Part shown: positions 24,991 to 36,276 of the stretch, piece by piece
How positions within the stretch are numbered: position 1 is the first letter of the stretch
Layout of the letters: each line of letters opens with the position of its first letter
Origin: Heteronotia binoei
Taxonomy: Eukaryota
DNA: 64,000 nt
Reading direction: 5' to 3'
Assembly (NCBI RefSeq): GCF_032191835.1
Contig: NC_083237.1
Coordinates: 37,386,001-37,450,000 of the forward strand
Position numbers and translations under genes: made by a program
Notes under the pieces: model-generated
What the model saw: the letters and a program-made list of their open reading frames with translations, nothing else
Databases searched by the model: none
Told to the model about the DNA's origin: nothing

Positions 24991-26034
24991 AAATCAAAGA
25001 CTTATTTTATTGAAACTCCATGACTTTCTCCAAGGACAGATACATTGGAAGTAATACTGAATACAAATTTGCATAGTGTCTTATAGACTACTTCAAAAGG
25101 CAGGGTTACAGATAACTTCAAAAGAAAAACATAAGGATGTAAATGGGGATGAAGGTTCAAAGGCTACTCACTACTTTCTCTTTATGACTAAGGAATGTTC
25201 ACATCTCCATTTCTCACACATTCCCTGCTAGCTGATAAGACATGGCTGTGTGAATCAGGGGGAGAGGCACTTTACACTGTTTACTACAAGGTTAAGCCAC
25301 ACATCATGAGAAGAGAAGGTTTTATTATGCATCCACAGAGGGGAAGGGAAAGAGAAGAGTGAGAGTGGGGGTGGGGAGAAGAAAGGTATGGATAAACTAG
25401 CACTTAAAAATAGCATGCTTGACACATGCCACATCTGGACAGTCAATACCATGCAACCTCTCTTTGTCTGCAAAAAATACAATGAAAACATGTTCTATGT
25501 AAATGGGTTAGTGAATTGTCCTGATTACTTATATTCTAATTTTTATAAGGAAAAATATTCAAGTGCTGTTGTTTATTTTATGGCTGAATTAAAACTACTT
25601 AAATTCCTAACATCAAAGCTTCAAATGAGATATAATCCTCAAATATGTTATTGCTCTCTGCATTTTTCTTTATTAAACTACAGGGCTACTGCAGCTATTA
25701 ATTTAGCAGTATTTAATTTCCAAAATATGCTTTGCAGCTTTACAACTCTGGGTTGGTAAATTCCTGGAGATTTGGGAGTCAAGACTGGGGAGGGCAGGAT
25801 TGGGGAAGTAGGGGACTTCAGCAGGGCATAGAGTAAGAGAACTCACCATTCAAAGCAGCCATTTTTCCCAGGGGAATTAATCTATGTAGACTGGAGAGCA
25901 GCTGTAAATAAAATAAAATAATAAGAGGAGTTTTGTTGAACCAGACCAATAGCGCAGCATTCTGTCTCAGAGAGTGGCCAAACCAGTTCCTCTGAATGGC
26001 CAACAACAGAGCATGGAGACCAAGGCCATAGAGT

Positions 26035-26389
26035 TGTCACTATTATGTATAAACAGACAGCTTATAGCATGTGCTGCAAAACAGAAAGTAGATCTGAGAG
26101 GCTTAGATGATCTACCTGACAGCAGGTGGCTGGCTGCCAGAAGTCTTACATCAGCCAGCAGAGTCAGCATGACACAGCAAGTTGCTGATTGGCTGTCCCA
26201 TGTATAAATGTACAGAGCAACAGTGGTGATTGTGGGTTAAAAGGAGTTGGAGTGCAGCGGAGCATATTGTCAGTCAGGAGAGTGAGTTGGTGTAAATAAA
26301 TGTATATAGTGTTTTTACAGCTACTGTGTACAGCCTTCATTCTTGCATCGCTAAGCATCACCCTCTGGGTCTCTCTACGCGCATCGACA
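26035..26389 (+). repeat. Copia 5' LTR
   Basis: Direct repeat of 29565-29919. Confidence 0.97.
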
Positions 26390-26390
26390 G

Positions 26391-26404
26391 GGTTATGGGC
26401 CCAG
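26391..26404 (+). promoter_or_regulatory. Primer-binding site (copia-type, tRNA-iMet half-molecule primer)
   Basis: GGTTATGGGCCCAG directly after the 5' LTR; this is the known copia PBS sequence. Confidence 0.85.
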
Positions 26405-26498
26405 CACGCTTCCGCTGCACCTAGAACCTAGAAGTGGAAGACCTGAGAGAGAGGTGGTAGAGGAAGGATGCTGACTTGCTCCAGAGGCTGCCTAGGAG

Positions 26499-27929
26499 GT
26501 GAGACCAGCAGTGGCTGAGAGGAGTCTGAGCAGGATGGCTACAGCAGCAGCTTCAGTGCTGGTGGATAAGCTCACCACTACCAACTACACCTGGTCGCTG
26601 AGGTTAGAGCATTTCCTGAAGAAAGAGGGGCTTTGGGACTGTGTGTCAGCTCCTCCAGCTAATCCCACAGCGGCAGAGGCCGTCAAGGATCAAAAAGCTC
26701 TAGCCAACATCATCCTAAGTGTTGCAGACGACCAGCTGGTGCATGTCCGTGGGCACCAGAAAGCAAAGGAGGCTTGGGAAGCTCTCAAGGCTGTGTATGT
26801 GCAAAAGTCAGCCGGCATGCTGATATCCCTATGGAGGAGGCTCTACAGGAAACGTATGCTGGCCGGGGAGTCGATGAGGGACCACCTCGACGGTATGTCT
26901 AATTGTTTCCAGGACCTTGAAGCAAGAGGGAAGGCCGTGGTTGACGAAGATAAGGTGTACATCTTATTGAGCTCTCTGGATGAGAGATATGACATGCTGG
27001 TGTTAGCATTTGAAGGGCAGGATGCTGACAAGCTAACTTTGCCTTATGTGACCGGCAAACTCCTGGCTGAAGAGCAGAGGCAGCTTGAAAGCAAGAGAGA
27101 GCAGACTCGAGCCAAGGAAGAAGAGAAGCCGAGGTCTGTCGGGGCTGGTTCCAGCTGGCAAGCTAAGGAGGAGGAAAAAGCCTTACAGGTGCAGAGGAGG
27201 CGCTGCTATCTGTGTAATCAGCTCGGACACTTGAAAAGATTTTGTCCCCAGCAGCAGAGAAAGAGCCGGCAGCAGTCTTCAAGGACACCCCAGGTGACTC
27301 TAGTAAGAACTGGTCCGAGACTGCAGAGTCAGCCTTGGGTTGTGGATTCTGGGGCTACTCAGATATTCTGCTGCTGTGAAGAAGAGCTGCAAGACTGCAA
27401 GCCAGCTGAGCAGAAGACTGTCAGCTTAGCTGATGGGAGGCAAGCTAGTGTTCTTTGCCAAGGTGCAGTCTATTTTCCTGGACTTAAACACAGGTTTGAA
27501 AATGTATTATGTGTGCCCGAGCTAGAAACTAACTTGCTAAGTGTCTCTGTTCTGGCAAAAGCTGGGTTTACCATAGTATTTGATAAGCAGGGCTGTGCAA
27601 TTTTGAAACAAGATAAACAGCTGGCTAAAGGCACTCTGAGATCCAATGTGTATGAGCTCATGCATAATGTGGGAAAAGCTCATACTGTATGGAATAGACA
27701 GCCCCACAACAGGTGCATCCACAGGCTGCATAGAAGGCTGGGTCACGCCAGCTATAATACAATAAACAAAACTCTAGAAATATTAGAGGGAGTGAAGGTT
27801 GACAAATGCAATGCCTTTTTAGATCGCAATGTATGTAAAGAAGCCAAATCAAGGGCAGTTCCATCGACCAGGAGGAGTGTACGTGTGTCGGAGAGACCTG
27901 GTGGGGCCGTATGCACCCAGCATTTCTAA
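26499..27929 (+). CDS. Copia gag - zinc knuckle - aspartic protease - GAG-pre-integrase
   Basis: Copia gag (LANIILSVADDQL..W..LK), CYLCNQLGHLKRFC, WVVDSGAT and HRRLGHAS. Frameshifts at about 27900. Confidence 0.9.
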   Translation: MRPAVAERSLSRMATAAASVLVDKLTTTNYTWSLRLEHFLKKEGLWDCVSAPPANPTAAEAVKDQKALANIILSVADDQLVHVRGHQKAKEAWEALKAVYVQKSAGMLISLWRRLYRKRMLAGESMRDHLDGMSNCFQDLEARGKAVVDEDKVYILLSSLDERYDMLVLAFEGQDADKLTLPYVTGKLLAEEQRQLESKREQTRAKEEEKPRSVGAGSSWQAKEEEKALQVQRRRCYLCNQLGHLKRFCPQQQRKSRQQSSRTPQVTLVRTGPRLQSQPWVVDSGATQIFCCCEEELQDCKPAEQKTVSLADGRQASVLCQGAVYFPGLKHRFENVLCVPELETNLLSVSVLAKAGFTIVFDKQGCAILKQDKQLAKGTLRSNVYELMHNVGKAHTVWNRQPHNRCIHRLHRRLGHASYNTINKTLEILEGVKVDKCNAFLDRNVCKEAKSRAVPSTRRSVRVSERPGGAVCTQHF

Positions 27930-28983
27930 AAATAGGTTTGGCTTAATTTTGGTTGATGACCACAGCAGGTTTGCGTGGGTGTATGCTATTAAACACAAGA
28001 GTGATGTCTGTGCCACCTTCAAGTACTGGGCTAGGAGAGTGCAGAAACAGCTAAATGCTAAGATTGCCTCAATTCAGACTGACCAGGGGGGTGAGTTCCT
28101 GAATAAAGAGTTTGCTAACTATTTGAGACAAGAGGGCATAGAGCACAGGGTGGCCAATGTGTCCTCTCCATGGGAAAATGGGATTGTGGAATGGAGAGCT
28201 GGAGTGCTCCAAGGTATTTGCCATGCTTTGTTGCAAGATAGTGGTCTAAGGCAGGCATACTGGGGGGAAGCCTTAAAGGTGTCCTGTTATATTTCCAACC
28301 GCTTGTGGACAGAGGCTATAGATGATATACCCTACAGGGTCTTGTATGGGAGAAGGCCATCCCTAGATCACCTAAGGATATTTGGTTCAAAGGCTTGGGT
28401 GAACATCCCTCTGCATAAGAGGAGAAAGGGAGGTCCCAAAGCCAGAAAACTTGTGTTTATAGGGTACCAAAATGGCATGAAATCCTGGAGGTTTGTGGAC
28501 AATAATGATTTGATAAGGCTGAGTAGGTCTGCCTCGTTCTGCGAGGATGAAAACTGGTCAAAGATTCATGCCAATGAAATGCCTGGGGAAAATAAGCTGC
28601 AACTGTCTCTAGAGAGTGAGGAGGGGCAAAAGCCAGAAAGCTCACTGAAGCAGGAGGAAGACAGTACGGCAGACACCAGTAAACAGCAGGAGACATCTGA
28701 GGCTGTAAAAAGGGAGCCGGTCAGAGTCTCTGCAAGAGAAAATAAGGGTGTGCCGCCAAAAAGATATGGTTTTGACACTGATGTTAATTATCTGGGCAAG
28801 GGAGACAGTTTGCCAGATGGAAAGCCAAGGGGCTGTGTAAGTGCACCAGAGGTACACGTGGATACTTCCTTCACTAGGGAAGAAGGAGGTTATACTTATG
28901 TATATGATGACCATCCTAAAACATATCCCAGTGTGTTGGAACTGTTGAATGAGATGTCTCTTGGAGAGGAAGGAGACACCTGA
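27896..28983 (+). CDS. Copia integrase (DDE core + SH3-like) with an acidic tail, ending where RT would begin
   Basis: DLVGP, LVDDHSRFAWV, IQTDQGGEF, SSPWENGIVE and LRIFGSKAW. Confidence 0.9.
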
Positions 28984-29564
28984 GCAAAGCCTGGAAGAGA
29001 GGCTGTAAGCAATAACTGAATTAAAAGGGTGCAATGTACAATGCATAAGTGCTGGAATGTAAGAGACAATGCTGTAACGTTAAACAAACTTACTGTTTGA
29101 AAATGTATGATAAACTATGTGACTAAACTATGTGACTATTGTAAAACTGGATTGAGATGTAACAATTTCAAAACTGCTATGTGTAAGCTGAAATCTGTAA
29201 AAAATATGTGCGCTTATATTGACAAGATACGGTACTGTGTTAAGAACAAGTCTGGGAAACAAGCCAGCAAAAAGATAAGGCAAGTGCTCAGTCTGGGCAG
29301 AGAGCCAACTGAGGAGATATGGTCAGTCTGGGCAGAGTGCCAACTGATAACAATGTGCTTGCAGGTTAATTGGCAAGCTGGGCAAAATGTGTGTGCGTTA
29401 ACACAATGAGTTCAGGAGAATGGAAGTAACTGAACTGTAACAGTAATTGAACTGTGACCAATGTATATAAGCAATGTAATCAATGTATTGGTGAAGAAAT
29501 AATCAATATGTATAAGCAATGTTGTAATGGATAGATGCCAGCACCGCTATAACCTGAGGAGGGG

Positions 29565-29919
29565 TGTCACTATTATGTATAAACAGACAGCTTATAGCAT
29601 GTGCTGCAAAACAGAAAGTAGATCTGAGAGGCTTAGATGATCTACCTGACAGCAGGTGGCTGGCTGCCAGAAGTCTTACATCAGCCAGCAGAGTCAGCAT
29701 GACACAGCAAGTTGCTGATTGGCTGTCCCATGTATAAATGTACAGAGCAACAGTGGTGATTGTGGGTTAAAAGGAGTTGGAGTGCAGCGGAGCATATTGT
29801 CAGTCAGGAGAGTGAGTTGGTGTAAATAAATGTATATAGTGGTTTTACAGCTACTGTGTACAGCCTTCATTCTTGCATCGCTAAGCATCACCCTCTGGGT
29901 CTCTCTACGCACATCGACA
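29565..29919 (+). repeat. Copia 3' LTR
   Basis: Preceded by the polypurine tract GAGGAGGGG. Confidence 0.97.
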
Positions 29920-31432
29920 AGAGTTACCTATCCCCAGTTGAGGGCAGAGGATTCCTTGGTTTGGAACCCTTCCCCACACTTCAGGGCTATCAGAAAGGGG
30001 GGTGGGGATAGCTGTTGGGAGACTGGAGACCGGCTCCCATAGGGTATAATGGAGAATTGATCCGTGAGTATTGAGGGGGGGGGTGGCTTTTTTGAAGTAG
30101 AGGAACCAAATTTTCAGCATAGCTGATGGTGCATCTCCTCAAAAAAACTCCCCAGGTTTCAAAAAGATTGGACCATGAGGACCAGTTCTATGATACCCAA
30201 AAGAAGTTGCCACATTTATCCATTATTTTCAATAGAGGAAAGCATTTAAAGGGAACACGATCTCTTTAAATGTCATGGCAGCTCACTTCAGAGTTTCCTC
30301 TCCTAGAGCCTTCCTCCCATCTCTTGGAGCCTCCAGTAAAGTCTCCCACCCACTTGTTGGCCTCACGTGGCAACCATACCTTCCTGAAATGTTGCCTCTT
30401 AGCTCTGGGGTTCAAAAATTTACTGCTTCTAATATGGAGATTCCTCTCCATCACCTGGCTTGTAGCCATTGATATTTTTATCTTCCATGAATCTATCTAA
30501 TCACATTTGAAAGCTGTTTATTCCTGCGGCCATCACATCTTCTGGCAGTGAATTCCACATTTGAATAATTCTCTATGTAAAGTAGTATTTCCTTTTGTCC
30601 ATCCTGAACCTACAACCCATCAGCTTCATTGGATGCACCTGAGTTCTAATATTTTGGAAGAGAAAACAAAAGTTCTTTTCATCAATTACCATACATAAAC
30701 ATAAACCACATACATACCACATACATACATACCACATACATAAACTTTATAAACTTCTATTATGTCCCCACTTAGTCATCTCTTTTCTAAATGGAAAACA
30801 AAAACAAAACCCAGATTCTTAGCTTTTCCCCTTAGAGAAGGTGCTCCAGCTCCCAAATCAGACTCTGCGCAGACTCGGAGGAAGGCAGACGCTTGTTTCT
30901 TCGCTCCTAAAAACGCTCCTAAAACGCTAAGTTGTTTTCAATCTTCTAACTTTTATCTTGCCTTGTTATAATTGTTTTTAAATAGTCTCATCTTATCACC
31001 TCACTTTTAATTTTGGTGCAGCTGTTTCGTCTCTCCCAAGCTCTGGCTGTTTAATCAGTTAATAAGCTTCTCCTTTTGTTTTCTGACACAGAAGCTGCTG
31101 CAGCTAACGAACGACAGCTGATGTTTTATAAAGTTTTACAAAGTTTTACATTGTCCCTCAAAGACAGGTTTTTTTTTTTTTAAGAGTCTTTTAATTTGAA
31201 CTGTGAATTTAACTGAAGGTTGAAATTAAGTCAACTCCTGTAAAGCAACATGGCGGAGTGCAGTCGACTACAGCGTTGGTTCTGACAAATTTGGCTTTTA
31301 AAGACATTTCATGATATTCTTAGCAGTTGTTGTGGCTTTTATCTGTAATTTTTAAGATATCAATTGTTTGGTATTTGTTTTATTTATTTATTATCAGAAC
31401 AGTGCCAATTACCATCCAACAGAACTCCCTTA

Positions 31433-32887
31433 ATGGCATCGGGCAAGCGGCCAAGAGAAATGGAGGAGGAATCTGCTTCTTTGCCAGTTTGCAAACAGCT
31501 TAGGATAGAGGACTTTTTTACCTTAAACAACAAGTCCAAATCTGCTCTGCCGTCATTTGCTGTTGAAACATCAAATCGCTCTTCCCCTCTAGAGGACGTG
31601 TTGGAGCCAGCAGAAAAGGAGGAACTGACTAGTGAACTGACTAATGGAGGAGAAGATGGAAGAGAAGCTTGTCCTATGGGCCAGCCCTTTTGTAACACTA
31701 ATGAAGCTCTGAATGATAACATATCTTGCCAACTAAGTGACAAACAATCAAATAGGCATGCGGAGGGGCTGGAGTTGCTAGCACAGCAAACAACCCTGGT
31801 GGCAGAAGCCTTACAGACAATTTTTACTTACTTACGAGAAATAGTATCCTTGATAAAGGAGAGGGGTGGAGATTATGTAAAAGAAAATAAAGAACAGGCA
31901 CAGGAGGGGAATAAAGCAAACGTTGTTAAGAAAAGAGGTCCAATAGGTACTGGGATTAAAGCTACTTCGACATCAAAGAAACCAAAGGTTGTTAAAGAAA
32001 ATCTATTTTCATTAGTGTACAATCCAAAAAGTATTGTTGTAAATATTTTCCCATTGCAAGGGAGATTTATCGATTGGAGCGCCAAATGGAAAGCAAAAGG
32101 ACATTTAGCCAACTTACTTGGGATAGCTCCCCCTTTTGTTGACCTCATACAGATGGAAAGGCTGCCAGGTCCTATAAGATTTGAACGCTTTTTACTCCAT
32201 TTTAATACAGACAAAATTCCCTCGTACTTGTTTGCTTATGCCAACAGATATGCGGCGCTAGGGATTAGATTACAAAGACATTTCAAAAATGCTATAATTT
32301 CGAAAATAGTTGCAAAAACAAAAGATGTTGGTTCTAAGAAGGACTATAAAAAACAGTCGCTGGTGGCAGAACTGGAATCTACCAACACTGTATTGATCTT
32401 ACATCAACCAACTCCTTCTAATTTACCCCCTCCTTTGTTGGAATCAGCTCTGAAGCCCTCTATTAACTTAGACAAAGAGGCACCCCTAACAGGAGATATT
32501 GGGATTGGACAGAAAAATCTGGATTCCAGTTGGCCAGAGGAGGAACTCGAGAAACAACTGCTTGCAAAATTTACGTTGTTACAAGACTGTGAGCAAGAGT
32601 CCTTGATAGACCGTTTTGAACAATTGACATCTACCCTGAAGGGTCTCAGAGATTCTACTGATTGTAGGGAGATGGAAATAGAGGGAAGTACTAATGCCTG
32701 TGAGCTGAGGAAGAGTGAAGGTGAAGGGACCCATTCTGCAGAGGAGGCCCATCATTTCCCATTAGAACCAACTGTAATAATTAACAAAGGAAAGCATAAT
32801 TCCAACCTGATTGTGGCAGCTGATGACCCTGAAATATGCGAAATAAGGGATGTCCCCCATGCACCTGATGGAGGAAAATGCAAATGA
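31433..32887 (+). CDS. ORF1 of RTEX-like element 1 (484 aa from first ATG; no recognised domain)
   Basis: Open frame 5' of ORF2. Shares blocks with ORF1 of the element at 50384-55673. Confidence 0.8.
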   Translation: MASGKRPREMEEESASLPVCKQLRIEDFFTLNNKSKSALPSFAVETSNRSSPLEDVLEPAEKEELTSELTNGGEDGREACPMGQPFCNTNEALNDNISCQLSDKQSNRHAEGLELLAQQTTLVAEALQTIFTYLREIVSLIKERGGDYVKENKEQAQEGNKANVVKKRGPIGTGIKATSTSKKPKVVKENLFSLVYNPKSIVVNIFPLQGRFIDWSAKWKAKGHLANLLGIAPPFVDLIQMERLPGPIRFERFLLHFNTDKIPSYLFAYANRYAALGIRLQRHFKNAIISKIVAKTKDVGSKKDYKKQSLVAELESTNTVLILHQPTPSNLPPPLLESALKPSINLDKEAPLTGDIGIGQKNLDSSWPEEELEKQLLAKFTLLQDCEQESLIDRFEQLTSTLKGLRDSTDCREMEIEGSTNACELRKSEGEGTHSAEEAHHFPLEPTVIINKGKHNSNLIVAADDPEICEIRDVPHAPDGGKCK

Positions 32888-32905
32888 CTGTCCTCAACGC
32901 AAGAC

Positions 32906-35900
32906 ATGGGGATCACCAACAAACCTGTTGAAATTTTGTCATGGAACGTGGCGGGATGGCTAAGATGTCTTCATTCATACATAGAGGTTCCTTTTTTCCA
33001 GAGAGACTTTGATATTATTCTATTGCAGGAAACGTGGATGGCAGAAACTCTTTTGCTGGACGGTTATTCCTCCTATAGTTTACCAGCAGTTCCAGGAAAA
33101 GGTCCAGGGAGGTTAAGGGGAGGCTTGGGCATTTTTATTTCCAATGCCCTTAAGGTTCAATGCGTGTTGAAACCCTCGCTGTCCCATTTAGCTATGGCTA
33201 TATTGGTGAGATGGGATAGGGGAATCCTAATTATTATAAATGTATACCTCCCACCTCTAACAAAACAGACATCTATAGAAGAAAACTGGGCGTCACTAGA
33301 CCAATTTATAATAAATCTTTCCCTGGAACACCCGGAAGCTCAAATCTTACTGGCAGGAGATTTCAATGCCCGTATGGGAATGAATGATGCCTTCTTAGCA
33401 AATAAATTTAATTCCCTACTAAATGAGCAGGAACAAGGCCAGAATGGACTTCCCTTCACAAGAGATTTTAAAGATTGTAAGGCAAACTTTGCCGGCCTAT
33501 GTTTAGCTAAATTAGCAGGCAGAAGAGAGTTCCATATCCTAAATGGGGCATTCTATGGCGATCATCCAGGCGAATATACTTTTATGTCTGGGAATAGAAT
33601 GAGCACTATTGATTATATGTTGGTATGCAATTCTCTATTACCTCTGATTAAAAATTTCCAAGTACTCCCATACTTGGAGGGTGACCATCTACCTCTATGT
33701 CTGCAGATAGCTCTCCCATTAAATCCTAACCAAAATGAGGTATGTTATACAACAAGGATAGGAATTATGGGGAAAAGAGTAAGGTGGGGTGGGGAATTGG
33801 ATAAAAAAGTGAAAGAAATCTTAACTCCAGAAAATTTGCAGAAGCATGTGTTAGTGTTCACAGCTTTAGAGGAAAACCAAGACCCGTTAATAGTTTACCA
33901 AGATATAATCCAGGAGATTTACTCTATTATGACTGTGCCAGCAGGGAATAGATTACATCAGCATTATAGGAAAACAAAACGTTGGTTTGATTCTGAATGT
34001 GTCCAAGCAAAAAAAGAACTAAATCGTTTGTATTATCTTGCTATGAGGAGTAGCATAGAAAAAAGGGTAGAGACACAAAGTGCCCTAGTGAGCCATAAAA
34101 AAACCTATAAAGGCATTATTCAAAGGAAGAAGAAAGAGTATACTCGGAAACTATGGGAGGAACTTATACAGGCTGTAAAACTAAAAAATTCTGCGCTTTT
34201 TTGGAAATTAACAAAGATTGGGGGGTTTAAGATAGCCTCTCCCCTGGACATGTATATTCCGGCGGAAACATGGACTGTTTTCTTCCAGAATTTATATGAT
34301 GACAATGTCCAACCCTCTTTTCCAGGTAACATAGAGAACTTCCCTCAGTGGCCACCAGTTAGTACGCAAGAAATAAAAGCCCATATAATGCAACTGGAAA
34401 ATAGGAAGGCTCCAGGTATAGATGGCATACCAGCTGAGATGCTTAAAGAGAATGTAAATTGGTGGGCACAATTTCTGGCATCTTTTTTCACTTATGTTGA
34501 TCAAACAGGCCGAATCCCAAAGCAGTGGGGGACAGCTATAGTTGTCCCTATTTTTAAAAAAGGCAATCGAAATAATCCCGCCAATTATAGGCCCATAAGT
34601 CTTTTAAATATAATAAGTAAGATCTATACAAGACATCTTTTAGAAAAACTAGAAATATGGATGGAACAAGAAGAAATTATTCCCCTGGAACAGGCTGGAT
34701 TTAGGAAAGAAAGGTCGACAATCGAGCACTGCCTGATATTGCAACAGCTAATTGGGAAGTACTCTGCCAAAGGTACAACTGCTCTATATGCTGCTTTTAT
34801 TGATTTAAAGGCAGCATTTGATTCCATTTCAAGGCAACGATTGTGGCAAAAACTAGCGGCTTCTAATATTGATAAAAGGCTGCTATTTCTTATTCGTGGA
34901 CTCCATGAAGAATCATTTCTTAGAGTGAGATGTAATATGCAGGGATTACTTACAGAACCAATAAAAACTCAGAAGGGTGTAAGACAGGGTTGCCTTTTGG
35001 CCCCCATCCTATTTAACTACTATATCAGTGATATGGTGGAACATATGACTGATACTAAATTTCACCCCCCAAAGCTGGCTCTTCGCCATCTTTCAGTACT
35101 GCTATATGCAGACGATGTGGTACTGTTATCTAGAACACCTATTGGGTTGCGGAGAGCATTAGACAGCTTTGTTAAGTACTGCGAAAATGAACGGTTGGTA
35201 ATAAACTTTGAAAAAACAAAAGTGATGGCATTTGGCAAAAAAGCCAAGAAGAGGTATTGGACTATGAAAGGGAAAAAAATAGAACAAGTAACAAAATTTA
35301 CTTATTTGGGAATGGTAATTCAGAATACAGGTGCCTATACTGAACATTGTAATATGAGGGTGGAGAAAGCTGAGAAAACAATGTACGCTATCCTGAGATT
35401 TTTTCGCTCTAAGGGGGCCTTCTATGTTCCGGCAGCACTGAAACTGTTCCAATACAAAGTGTTAACACAATTGCTCTATGGTATTAACCTGGGCATTTCG
35501 GCTAAAAAACTGAAGGCTCTCGAGAAAGTGCAATCTAAATTTCTTCGTAACGTTTTGCAGCTTCCGCCAGGTGTGTCAAATGCCCTTTTGCGTTTAGAAA
35601 CTGGGCAAATGAGAATTGAGGCCAGAATTATGTTATCTTCGGCATATCAATGGCTAAGGATCCATAAAAACAAAAAAGGCCTCTTCCCTTTAATAACTCA
35701 AGACCCCTATAGGCCAAGGTGGCTGCAATTGGTCAGAAGCAACTTAGAAAGTATAGGATTCTCACTTGAAAACCTCTTGGCGCAGAGCTATGCCAAAGCA
35801 AAAAGTATTATCAAACAAAGAATCTGCGATATAGAGAGACAAAGGGATCTAGAACAGGCCCCCTCTTTTTTAGCATCTACTGAGACCAAATATGTTATGA

Positions 35901-36276
35901 GGACGGCCAAGTACTTTTTTTATTTGGAGGTACCAGCCCACAGAAGAGCCTTTACATTGGCTCGATGTGCAGCCATGCCCTCAAAGGTGCTAGAAGGGAA
36001 ATATAGAAAAGTCCCGTATGAAGACCGAGCTGTCCTTGTGCTATGGGAGAGGTGGAGTCGATGACCCATATGTTTTTTCGATGCCCTTTCCACCAAGTAC
36101 AGAGGGATAGGTTTGTTTCCCCGTTTGTAGTTAAACCAATGGCAGACGCGGATGAGGCATGTTTGGAGAAACTTTTGGTGGATGCAAGTCCAACTATCTC
36201 TAGACAGATAGCCAAATTTTGCCATTATCTTGTGAAGTTCCATACTAAGAAACAAGAAACTGCATGTCTTGTATGA
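32906..36276 (+). CDS. ORF2: AP endonuclease + reverse transcriptase + C-terminal CCHC; one 1-bp frameshift near 36030
   Basis: SWNVAG, LLQETW, GDFNAR, STIDY, GDHLP, GVRQGCLLAP and LLYADD. The tail (CPCAMGEVESMTHMFFRC) continues in ORF 36043-36276. Confidence 0.92.

Larger units (their letters stand above)
26035..29919 (+). mobile_element. Ty1/copia LTR retrotransposon lacking RT/RNase H; 3885 bp; 5-bp TSD AGAGT
   Basis: 355-bp LTRs TG..CA (26035-26389, 29565-29919) with 2 mismatches. PBS GGTTATGGGCCCAG, PPT GAGGAGGGG, TSD at 26030-26034 and 29920-29924. Confidence 0.96.

Noticed and set aside
29107-29409. 100-aa ORF in the copia 3' region as a possible env-like or accessory gene
   Set aside because: No signal peptide, TM segment or recognisable motif; it overlaps internal duplications in AT-rich sequence.
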